From assembly GCA_963803805.1 (NCBI GenBank), contig CAWDOD010000002.1:576001-640000 (forward strand): DNA of 64,000 nt, given 5' to 3'. The DNA is from an uncultured cyanobacterium (lineage in GTDB: Bacteria; Cyanobacteriota; Cyanobacteriia; Cyanobacteriales; CAWCAG01). The notes beneath the pieces are model-generated. The model made no database searches. It saw nothing but the letters and a program-made list of their open reading frames with translations, and was not told where the DNA came from. The stretch's first letter is position 1, and the number at the start of each line of letters is the position of its first letter. A program made the translations under genes and the position numbers. Positions 53,199 through 63,600 of this stretch are shown here, piece after piece.

Positions 53199-54616
53199 TT
53201 ATACTTCTTCACCCACAACCTCTACTGTAGCTGTAGCTGCGTCTACATCTTGCTGCTGTTCTGTTTGTTCCCCTTCTGCTTCCTCTTTTTCGAGGGAACC
53301 TTGAGGGACTAATTCAATTTCTGATTGTTCGGTTAACCACTCCAAAGTTTTTTCTTTGATTAAATCTTCTTCCACTGCTTCGCGCAGGCGCTTCTTGATT
53401 CGAAGTCGCGATCGCTCAATTCTTCGATTACTTCCTGTATCTTTTTTTCAACCTCTGCTGGTTCTGGTTGGAGAGATTCACGCTTGCCTACTTCTAATAG
53501 AGCTAAAGAGCGGGTAATATTTTCAATAGCTTCAGGACGGGTTCGCTCTTTGATTTGAGCAACATTTTCAGGGGTGAACATCGTTTTGATATCCATACCA
53601 TACTGCTGCATTTGCATAGCTGTTTGGGTCAGCATAGTTTCCACTTCTTTGTCGATCATGGTTTTTGGTAAGTTCGCTTTTGCTTGCTTGAGCAATTCTT
53701 TTACCAAAGCTGCTTCAATGCTAGACTTTGTAGCAACTTCTGCCTCCTCTTTGTAGCGAGTTTCTAAAGATTCCCTCAACTCCGCTATAGTTTCAAATTC
53801 GCTAATATCTTCAGCGAATTCGTCATCTATTTCTGGTAGTTCCTTTTCTTTGAGTTCTTTGAGGGTAAGCTTAAAGTTGGCTGAAGCTCCGGCTAAATCA
53901 TCTCTAGGATAGTCTTCAGGGAAAGTTACGGCAATTTCTTTGGTTTCCTCTGGATTCATACCCACGATTCCAGCCACAATATCTTGAATAAATTTGCCTT
54001 CTTCTAGCTCTAACTCAAAGTCTTGAGCCTCGGCCCCAGGAATTTCTTCCCCTTCTTCCCCTTCTTCAGTGGGTGCGAAGCGGCCTTTATAATCTACGAT
54101 AGCTACGTCCCCTGCTTGTGCTGCCCTCCCTTCTACAGGAATCAAGGTTGCTTGTTCAACACGACGTTCTTCTAAAAATTCATCTACCTTTTGAGGATCA
54201 TAGGTTGTTTCTTCTGCTTTAACTTGCCAGCCTTTATATTCCCCTAACTCTACTTCAGGAGATACATCTACAGACCCAGAGAAAACTAGAGGTTCTCCTG
54301 GCTGATACTTACTAATCAACTCCTCAAAGGAAGAACGAAGCTGATAATTGCCTAAAGCATCTATTGATTCACTTTCCACCGCTTCTTTAAAAGAATCCTG
54401 AATTAAATCTTCTAATGCAGCGGCTCTAATTCTCTGGGGGCCAAGTTGTTGGAGTAAAATCTTTCGAGGAACTTTCCCTTTGCGGAACCCAGGAATCCTC
54501 GCGGTGCGAGATAGCTGTTGTACTACCTTATCATAAGCTTTTTTAGTAGCTTCAGGGGGAATCTCTATTTCCAAGCCAATCTGACTATCGGGAAGCTTTT
54601 CCTGGGTTATTTTCAT
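53199..54616 (-). CDS. tig: Trigger factor (frameshift near 53395)
   Basis: IPGFRKGKVP, FPEDY. The C terminus continues in another frame as RLREAVEEDLIKEKTLEWL...EEV* to 53199. Confidence 0.94.
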
Positions 54617-54936
54617 CGATGCTCTTAGTATCTTCAATCTTTAAATGGACAGTTAACTTGAGTTGGGCTTATGATGTTAACCTATTTGATAATAGTACAT
54701 CCCTGGTTTCCAACCACCTAAAATTAGCAACTAAATTTCTTACTTATTCTTGCTAAGCTAGATAAATAAATATAATAGCTCCTAAAAATCAATATAAATT
54801 ATTTACTCAAGTTACAATCTAAGGAACCACTACTTACAACTTAAAGGTAGAGCAAATTTATTTAACTTAATTATCATTAAACAAAACTCTATATAAAGTT
54901 AGAAAGAAAATCCCATGAAAAACGGAGGAGAACAAT

Positions 54937-55980
54937 TTGTCTGGTTCAATTAGCGTCGCTATCCTGGGAGCTACAGGAGCAGTTGGTGCTGAGTTAATTC
55001 AACTTTTAGAAAGTCGTAGCTTTCCTATAACTAATTTAAAGCTGCTAGCCTCTCCCCGTTCTGCTGGTCGTAGTCTCACTTTTAAAGGTGAAAACTTGTT
55101 AGTGGAGGCAGTAGGAGAAGACTCCTTTAATGATGTAGATTTAGTGCTGGCCTCAGCAGGAGGTTCCATATCCAAAACTTGGGCCCGCAAAGCGGTAGTT
55201 GCTGGAGCAGTAGTAATTGATAACTCCAGCGCTTTTCGATTAGATGATCATGTTCCTTTGGTGGTTCCAGAAGTCAACCCTGAAGCAGCAGCGAAGCATC
55301 AAGGTATTATTGCCAATCCTAACTGCACTACCATTTTAATGGCGGTAGCAACTTGGCCTCTCCACAAAGTTCAACCCATAAAAAGAATTATTGCAGCCAC
55401 CTATCAATCAGCTAGTGGTGCTGGGGCTAGGGCAATGGAGGAAGTCAAAAAGCAAGCCCAGGCTATTCTTAACGGTGAAACTCCTGAAACCAATGTGTTT
55501 CCCTATCCCTTGGCATTCAACCTTTTTCCCCATAATAGCCCCCTCAATGACCAGGGATACTGCACTGAAGAGATGAAAATGGTCAACGAAACCAGAAAAA
55601 TTTTCAATCAGCCAAATTTGCGGGTTAGTGCCACTTGCATTCGCGTTCCTGTACTACGGGCTCATTCCGAGGCTATTAATATAGAATTTGAGGAGTCTTT
55701 TCCTGTAGCTAGAGCCAGAGAAATAATTAGCGCTGCGCCAGGGGTAAAACTATTAGAAGATTGGCAAAAAAACTATTTTCCTATGCCCATTGATGCCACA
55801 GGGCAAGATGAAGTATTGGTAGGAAGAATCCGTCAAGATTTATCCCATCCTTGTAGCCTAGAGTTGTGGTTAAGTGGGGATCAAATTCGTAAAGGGGCTG
55901 CCTTGAATGCTATACAAATTGCTGAGTTATTAGTAGAGGAAAATTTGCTCAAGACCAAGGTTACTGCGACTGCTGTTTAA
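54937..55980 (+). CDS. asd: Aspartate-semialdehyde dehydrogenase
   Basis: GATGAVG, DNSSAFR, ANPNCTT, RKGAALNA. Confidence 0.96.
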   Translation: MSGSISVAILGATGAVGAELIQLLESRSFPITNLKLLASPRSAGRSLTFKGENLLVEAVGEDSFNDVDLVLASAGGSISKTWARKAVVAGAVVIDNSSAFRLDDHVPLVVPEVNPEAAAKHQGIIANPNCTTILMAVATWPLHKVQPIKRIIAATYQSASGAGARAMEEVKKQAQAILNGETPETNVFPYPLAFNLFPHNSPLNDQGYCTEEMKMVNETRKIFNQPNLRVSATCIRVPVLRAHSEAINIEFEESFPVARAREIISAAPGVKLLEDWQKNYFPMPIDATGQDEVLVGRIRQDLSHPCSLELWLSGDQIRKGAALNAIQIAELLVEENLLKTKVTATAV

Positions 55981-56025
55981 ATACCAAAAGAAGAATTAAA
56001 TAAACTGATTGGAGAAAATACAAGT

Positions 56026-56910
56026 GTGGTGAATTTTGGACGAGTTGTTACGGCAATGGCGACACCGTTTACTGAAGATGGCAGTGTCAACTATCCCGTT
56101 GCCGAAAAGTTAGCTGATTATTTAATTGCTAATGGAAGTGATGGTATTGTTGTTTGCGGAACTACTGGGGAATCACCAACCTTAACTAAAGAGGAAAAAT
56201 ATGAATTATTTCAAGTAATTAAAAACGTTGTGGCCAATAGAGGTAAAGTAATTGCTGGAACTGGATCTTATTCAACTCAAGAAGCGATCACTACTACCAA
56301 AAAAGCTGCTAAACTAGGAATAGATGGTTCACTGCAAGTAGTTCCTTACTATAGCAAGCCTCCCCAAGTAGGACTATATGAGCATTTTGTGGCTATTGCC
56401 CAGGCTTGTAGGGATATGCCCGTAATGCTTTATAATATACCAGGTCGCACTGGTAAAAATCTGCAAACAGAAACTGTAGCCAAACTTGCCGAAGTTGATA
56501 ATATCGTTGCTATCAAAGAAGCTAGTGGTAGCCTCGACCAAATTAGCGATATTAGGCGCTCTACACCTTCATCTTTTGACATCTATTCTGGAGAAGATAG
56601 TTTAACTTTACCGGCCCTTGCCGTAGGTGCTGTAGGAGTTGTCAGCGTAGCCTCTCACCTAGTAGCACTACAAATGCAAGAAATGATTCAAGCTTTTGAA
56701 GTTGGTAAAACAAATGTTGCCAGGGATATTCACTTTAAACTATCTCCTTTATTTAAAGCCCTATTTTTGACAACAAACCCAATTCCTGTCAAAGCGGCTT
56801 TGAATCTTAGAGGTTGGGATGTTGGCTCTTGTCGCTTGCCCCTGTGCGAAATTTCTCCAGAACTAAAAGTGAAATTAGAGATCGTCTTAAGGGAGCTTTC
56901 TTTAATTTGA
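56026..56910 (+). CDS. dapA: 4-hydroxy-tetrahydrodipicolinate synthase
   Basis: [29 protein letters not shown]. Confidence 0.96.
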   Translation: MVNFGRVVTAMATPFTEDGSVNYPVAEKLADYLIANGSDGIVVCGTTGESPTLTKEEKYELFQVIKNVVANRGKVIAGTGSYSTQEAITTTKKAAKLGIDGSLQVVPYYSKPPQVGLYEHFVAIAQACRDMPVMLYNIPGRTGKNLQTETVAKLAEVDNIVAIKEASGSLDQISDIRRSTPSSFDIYSGEDSLTLPALAVGAVGVVSVASHLVALQMQEMIQAFEVGKTNVARDIHFKLSPLFKALFLTTNPIPVKAALNLRGWDVGSCRLPLCEISPELKVKLEIVLRELSLI

Positions 56911-57190
56911 TTTTTCTTACAGGCGAGCTTGATCTCTAATCAAGATTGAAAATAATTGATAGAAAAAGCTCTGATCTAGTTATCAATGAGAAATTGTTAA
57001 AGATAAATAGGTTTGATAGCTATCTCAAAAAAACTTCACCCTCAAAAGATATTTTCCAACTAAAGTATTTGTTTTTTTTGTCAACTAGTTTCATTCCAAA
57101 CAAACTAGTTAGGCTTTAAATCAGGAAAATTACCAAAATTTTCTATTTGCTCTTTCAATGAAAACCAATCAATTAACTTAAAGTAAATAC

Positions 57191-58951
57191 ATGAGTAAAA
57201 ACGGATCAAAACCAAATCTAAAAATCATTCCCTTGGGTGGATTGCACGAAATTGGTAAGAACACCTGTGTTTTTGAGTATGAAGATGAAATAATTCTTTT
57301 GGATGCAGGTATCGGTTTTCCTAACGATGATATGCACGGGATCAATATTGTCTTACCTGACATTACTTATCTCAAAGAAAACCGACATAAAATTAAAGGT
57401 ATGATCGTCACCCATGGTCATGAAGATCATATTGGTGGCATTGCTTATCACCTCAAACAGTTTGATATTCCTATCATTCACGGCCCCCGTCTAGCAATGT
57501 CTTTATTGCAAGACAAATTAGAAGAAGCTGGAGTAGCAGACCGCACTAAATTACACAGCGTCATGCCGAGGGATAAGGTACGCATTGGCAAATCATTCTT
57601 AGTAGAGTACATTCGCAACACCCACTCCATTGCTGATAGTTTCAGTGTAGCAATCCACACTCCTATTGGAGTTGTCATTCACACCGGAGACTTTAAAATT
57701 GACTATACCCCAGTAGATGGAGAACACTTCGACCTCCAAAAACTAGCAGAATATGGCGAAAAAGGAGTTCTTTGCCTGTTAAGTGACTCTACTAACGCTG
57801 AAGTACCAGGACATACGCCTTCGGAACGCTCCGTTTATCCTAATTTGGATCGGGCCTTTTCTCAGGCTTCAGGACGGTTAATTGTCACCACTTTTGCTTC
57901 TTCTGTCCATCGGGTTAATATGATTTTAGAGTTGGCTCAGAAACATAACCGAGTTGTTTCTGTCTTAGGACGCTCAATGTTGAATGTAATTGCCCATGCC
58001 CGCAACCTGGGTTACATTAAATGTCCTGACAACCTCTTTGAACCAATCCATACCACCCGCAAGCTTCCTGATGACAAGGTAATGATTCTTACCACAGGTT
58101 CTCAAGGAGAGCCAATGGCAGCCTTGACAAGGATTTCTAAGCAAGAACATCGTCAACTCAAAGTGCGCGAAGGAGATACCATCGTCTTATCTGCTAACCC
58201 TATCCCTGGCAACACTATTGCTGTAGTTAATACCATTGATAGATTGATGATGCAGGGAGCAAAAGTTGTTTACGGGCGAAACCAAGGCATCCATGTTTCT
58301 GGTCACGGCGCTCAAGAAGATCATAAGCTCATGTTGGCCCTGACTAAACCAAAATTCTTTGTTCCTTTTCACGGTGAACATCGAATGTTGGTTAAGCATA
58401 GACAGTTAGCACAAAGTATGGGAGTTCCCGAAGAGAACAGCTTAATTATTAACAACGGCGATATCATCAAACTAACTGAAGATAGCATTGAAGTAGCAGG
58501 GAAAGTTCCTTCTGGCATTAAACCAGTAGATCGTTCTGGAGTTGTTCATGACGCAGTAGTCAAAGAGCGGCAACAGCTAGCAGAAGATGGAGTGATCACA
58601 GTAGCTGCGGCGATAAACTGGGAAGGCAAACTCATTGCTGATCCTGAATTGCATCTGCGGGGAGTCGCTACGGTTATTGAGAGATCGCTGTTAGAAAAAC
58701 TGGTGATTAGAACCATTGAAAAAACGATTGAAAATCGTTGGAGTGACTTTACTCAAGGTTCAAGTAGTAGTGAAGACATTGACGTTGACTGGAAAGGATT
58801 AAGCCGGGAAATTGAAAGTGGTATGCAACGGCTAGCCCGTCGGGAACTCAAAAGCCAACCTTTAGTAGTGTTCTTACTGCAAACTCCTGAAAAACCGAAG
58901 GTGAGAACCTATCGGCGCAGGCGGCGTTCAGCAGCGACGGTGGCTTCGTAA
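57191..58951 (+). CDS. rnj: Ribonuclease J
   Basis: LGGLHEIGKN, THGHEDHIG, HVSGH. Confidence 0.96.
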   Translation: MSKNGSKPNLKIIPLGGLHEIGKNTCVFEYEDEIILLDAGIGFPNDDMHGINIVLPDITYLKENRHKIKGMIVTHGHEDHIGGIAYHLKQFDIPIIHGPRLAMSLLQDKLEEAGVADRTKLHSVMPRDKVRIGKSFLVEYIRNTHSIADSFSVAIHTPIGVVIHTGDFKIDYTPVDGEHFDLQKLAEYGEKGVLCLLSDSTNAEVPGHTPSERSVYPNLDRAFSQASGRLIVTTFASSVHRVNMILELAQKHNRVVSVLGRSMLNVIAHARNLGYIKCPDNLFEPIHTTRKLPDDKVMILTTGSQGEPMAALTRISKQEHRQLKVREGDTIVLSANPIPGNTIAVVNTIDRLMMQGAKVVYGRNQGIHVSGHGAQEDHKLMLALTKPKFFVPFHGEHRMLVKHRQLAQSMGVPEENSLIINNGDIIKLTEDSIEVAGKVPSGIKPVDRSGVVHDAVVKERQQLAEDGVITVAAAINWEGKLIADPELHLRGVATVIERSLLEKLVIRTIEKTIENRWSDFTQGSSSSEDIDVDWKGLSREIESGMQRLARRELKSQPLVVFLLQTPEKPKVRTYRRRRRSAATVAS

Positions 58952-59289
58952 TTTTAAGGGAGTAGGAGATAGGAAGAAGAAAAGCCAGCTTATTTGAGGA
59001 GAACGGATTCTTTAAGTAGGTAGACAGAATTAATTAAAGAGAAAAGGGGATAATAATGCGGAGCGCAATCGCCAGCTTCCTTCTTCCTATAACCCTCTTC
59101 TGTTACTTTCCGAAAACAAAAGTCAATTCTGATTTCTGGGGCTTATATATAATTATGCGATCGCCAGCTTTTTTCTAACTAAAAATTCTTGTGGACAGCA
59201 AAATCACCAAAATCAGATGAGTAAATTCTGTCATAATAAGTTTGTACAGACTTTAACCAAATATTAAAAAAATCCGAACTAACTTAACA

Positions 59290-59841
59290 TCAGATTGGCC
59301 AGTTATTCTCTAAATATAGCTTGATCAAACCTGCATGGGATAAAGGACGTGATAGATTGTCTATGTCGCTGTTTGTTTCGTAATCTAATAAAACGACACT
59401 TTTCTTCAAACTAATATTTTTTAGCTCACTAAGTAAATCCTGAAGATGGTTCTCTAATATCCATTTGTATGAGGGTAGGTAGATTTGTCTCCGAGCGTCT
59501 GCATAAGAAAGAAGTTTGTCACTTTTAAGACCAGCACGATGACCTAATACTTTTCCATATTTTCGTTCAGACCTTTTTATTCCCTTCATATTAGAAACTA
59601 AGAACTTAGAAGGATCTATATCTGTTGTTTCAAAAACCTTTAACCCTTGCCAAATTCCTTCAACGGTCATACTAAATTCCCCTGGTGAAAAAGGAATAGG
59701 AATTTTTCCATGAGGATAAAAAGGACTAAAGCAAAGCCAAGGTTGGGGGCCACGGGAAGTAACATCAAAGATAACTGAATCGCCATAGCGTTTTTGCAGA
59801 CTCTCAGGGGGCATATGACGACTCTTGATAATCAATGGCAT
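59290..59841 (-). CDS. DUF6939-type protein, NADAR-like motifs
   Basis: DVTS, FSPFYPHG, TVEGIWQGLKVF, LLDYETN, PLSHA; AGGAG RBS. Confidence 0.75.
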   Translation of the reverse strand: MPLIIKSRHMPPESLQKRYGDSVIFDVTSRGPQPWLCFSPFYPHGKIPIPFSPGEFSMTVEGIWQGLKVFETTDIDPSKFLVSNMKGIKRSERKYGKVLGHRAGLKSDKLLSYADARRQIYLPSYKWILENHLQDLLSELKNISLKKSVVLLDYETNSDIDNLSRPLSHAGLIKLYLENNWPI

Positions 59842-59860
59842 TGTTGCTTGTCTCCTGTCT

Positions 59861-60649
59861 TCAGTTTACTGCTGATACCGGTAAAGAAAAGAGTTTTGGA
59901 AACATCGGGGGAGGCTCTGGTTGAGCAAGGCCAGCCTCTAAAAAACTATATTGAATTGAAGTCAAGGACATTGGTGCGAAATCCTGATGGCGAGCTAGTG
60001 CAGCTACAGCACAGATTGGCGTTTCAAAAACAGGATATCTTCCATAGTAGAAGTTATTCCAGTCACCTCCAGTTTCCTTCATCCAGAAATTCGCAATTAT
60101 TTTCAACGATTCCTCCGTAGTTTTGTGATCTTTGTTTGGAATACTTCGAGCTAACTTCAACCAAGCATCACTATACTCATCTCGCGATTCTGATAGATTA
60201 ATATTTGGTTTGTTACTAATTAACATCCAGGTTACAAGATCTGCTTGTTGCTGGCTGTCAACTGGTTTATCTGGAATAAATTTTAGAAACTCCCATTCAC
60301 TACCTAGAGTGGCATATTGGCTGGCTCGATAAAACTCCTCTGACAAAAACAGACCGAACGCTGTCAAAGAAGACCAATGTTTCCATACATCATGGCTTGC
60401 TCCTATAGCATATAGAAAAGAAGTCAATTCATTGACGATACTAGTAAGCATTTTATTCGCTTCACCTATTTCAATAATAGATGTTTCAAGCAACTGGTCT
60501 ATACTATCTAATCCACGGCTAGAGTCTAGCAAGATTTTGTTTTTATATTCTTCCGCACCTATCCTACGAACTGGAGCATCGGGAAGAGTGATTTGCGACA
60601 ACTCTATCTCAACATATTCACGTAACGTAAAGTAGCTTAAGCGTCCCAT
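59861..60649 (-). CDS. Hypothetical protein, putative immunity protein
   Basis: 262 aa; start overlaps the toxin gene's stop by 13 nt; no family recognised. Confidence 0.7.
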   Translation of the reverse strand: MGRLSYFTLREYVEIELSQITLPDAPVRRIGAEEYKNKILLDSSRGLDSIDQLLETSIIEIGEANKMLTSIVNELTSFLYAIGASHDVWKHWSSLTAFGLFLSEEFYRASQYATLGSEWEFLKFIPDKPVDSQQQADLVTWMLISNKPNINLSESRDEYSDAWLKLARSIPNKDHKTTEESLKIIANFWMKETGGDWNNFYYGRYPVFETPICAVAALARHQDFAPMSLTSIQYSFLEAGLAQPEPPPMFPKLFSLPVSAVN

Positions 60650-63600
60650 TCACGTAGTCCTCCCATTGCTACCGCTTTATCCTTAGCAGTTTTTTGAGCT
60701 AACCCTCCTAATAATTGAGGAGTTTGATTATCTTTTGCATCATGATATCCAATAATATTTTTCCCAGGAATGCTACCTGTGAAAGCTACCTCAGCCTCAT
60801 TGATTAGCCGATCACTTCTAGATATTTTGTTTTCTTTATGCAAAAGTTCTATATTTAGTACACCTTGTTTTGCCTGTTCTTCTATACTGAAAAGATATAC
60901 GAAGATTCTACCGACAATTCCTTGTTCACGGATATTACTTTTATCTTGTGCTTTTCCAAAAGCATATTTAGCAGCCTCTACTGAGTCCTTGGAAGTAGAA
61001 ATAAATGGTATTTTGGTAAATTCTAGCCCTTCATATCTGCCCATATTGAGTTTACTCAACTCTAATATGAACTGTTTTTTATTATTTACGTATTGATGTA
61101 TTGCCACATAAAATTTGTTTTCAAAGCCTTTTTTTGTTCCTTTGCCTTCGCTACCACGAGTTATTGGTTTCATGTAATTTGAATCTGGAGAAGATAGCAT
61201 CTCTCGCTTAATAGTTTCTACTTCCTCTTGTAACTGTTCTTGAGTAGGATTGTTGATACCGCTTTTTATTAATCGTCTGAGAGCTTGCTTCTGAGCTTTT
61301 TGGTTAAGCTTATCTGGATGAGTGTTAAGTTCTAATGCCTCTCTAGTTTTTAGAGCTTCTAATTCGTGTTGGACAATGGCTGCGGCTGACTCAAGTTCGT
61401 CTATACTAGGATTCTCTTCATCTGATAAGGACTTGGCAACTTCTTGTGTCGCCTGACTAAATTCAGGTTGACCAACAATATCATTCGCTGCTTTGCTGAC
61501 TTCTTCTTTGTATTTCTCTTCATCCCAGCTAGCCTGAAAGTGAATACCACGATATGCAGCAAGAGCGCCTTTAAGAGGACTGTCCTGTTCATCAAAAATT
61601 TCGAATAGCTGCTGAAGTGTATCTGATAATGTTTGCTCTGCTGTTTCCGTCTGATTATCAGCAGCCTCAGCCTCATTGATTGCCGCTTCATTCGCCGAAT
61701 CCTGCTTTGCTTCCTGCATTTCTTGAGCAGTTTTGTTAGCACTTTGCTCAGTTGTGTCAAGCTGCTGACGAGCCGTTGCTAACAAACCTTGTGCTTTTAC
61801 TTTATCTTCTTCTGATAATGAATCTAGTCTGCCCTGCCAATCATTAAGTTTAGCCTCAACAGGTGTTGGAGTACTAGCTACCATTACTTCTGTAGCTGTA
61901 CCTTGAGTTTTAATCCACAAACGATGTCCTTCACCTGCTGCACTAAAGGTAACTGTCTTACCAACTTCGCTATCTTCTAACTGTTCACCCTCACCTTCAT
62001 CCGGACTTTCTGCACCTTCTTTATTCTTCTTATTTTTACCATCGCCTTTACCAAAGCCAAGCTTCTTACCAATCTTCTTAGCAAACTTAACTGCCTGGGC
62101 AATCAACCACTCAATCGCTTTATCTATCGGTGCTTTAAGCTTACCAATGATGTCCTTAATTTTGTCGCTAATGCCACCTAAACCTAACAAGCTGGCCATA
62201 AAGCTAATCACCACAGGTAGAGACTTAGATAAAGCATTTTCAATTAGACTTGCTGCTCCTCCAATAGCCCCGCTAGCAATAGCCGTTACTGAGTCCATTA
62301 CAGCGTGAACTAAATCAACAATCTGACTACCACGCTCTATGAAGAACATGATTACGTCGTAAATCATCTTACAGGCTTTGACAAAAGCTGAGGCTGGATT
62401 GAGGAGACTAATAACCCACAGCACACCTTGCTTAATTACCGTTTCAATGACGAAGTTTTGGATAGTGCCAAGCACCATCTCTTTGAGATCACCAATCTTA
62501 TCTTGGACGAATTGCCATAAACCAGCTAAACCTTCATTCTTGAAGATGATGAAGATGTCAAAAGTTTTCTCTAAGCCATCAAAAATTCTTTCTCCATTTT
62601 TGCCTAAAGCTTTGATTGTTCTGGATTTGATGGAATCATAGGCTAGCCCTAATACCTGCATAACCAAGGTGAAGATGCCTTTGAGGTCAAAGCTTTCTGG
62701 CATTTGTATACCTGATTTAGCCATCGTCCCGGTTAGCCAACCGATTAATCCCTTTTTCAGATGGGGTAAAATATTGCCGACAAAGTTGTTAAAACCTTGT
62801 TTCACTCCAGAAACTAAATTCCCCAAAAACCCAATGGGGTCTAAGATAATGTTTCCAATCGCTCCTGCTGCCTTACCTAACACACCCATCAGCATATCTT
62901 TCAGTTGCATGATAGTTTGGGCTGTACCAACTATGGCATCCTTCGCTTTATCAAAAAATCCCCGATTAGCTGCCTGCATCTCTTGAATGCGGCTGTTAAC
63001 TTCCTGGATACTATTGCTGTACTGTTGAGCCAAAGAATCAATTAATTCATCCTGCTTACTATCAACACTTTGCTCTAATTGTTCAAACTGACTTTGAATA
63101 TCCTGTGCTGCTTGTTCACCAACCTGTTGTAGAGATTGAGGCAACTTAGCTACATAATCTTTAATTTGTTGTTTACCTTCACTAATTCTTTGCTTAGCTT
63201 CGTTGAGCTTCTGCGCCACAAAGTTAGCGATATCAGTCAAAGCAATATCCATTTCGTCGATGTACAGTTGCTTACCTTCGACAAAATATTGATTTACTTC
63301 CGGTGGCAATCCTACTACCGCATCGCTAAGCCGCTCATCCCAACCAGTGACATCGTACCACTCTCCATACCTTTCTTTTTCCCAGACTGCCATTTTTTCT
63401 TTAACATGGCTTTCAAACTTACCCTTAGCAGCCCCAGCAGCAGTGTCAAACTTGCTCGTTACTTCTGTATCTATACCACTGAGGATAGTTTCAACATCAG
63501 TTTTTGTAGTTGTATAAATACTATTAATATGGGTAGCCACTTCAGAGCGTTTCTGCTCATCTTGACTTTTCGCTGTTTGTTGCTGTCCCATTACCTGCCC

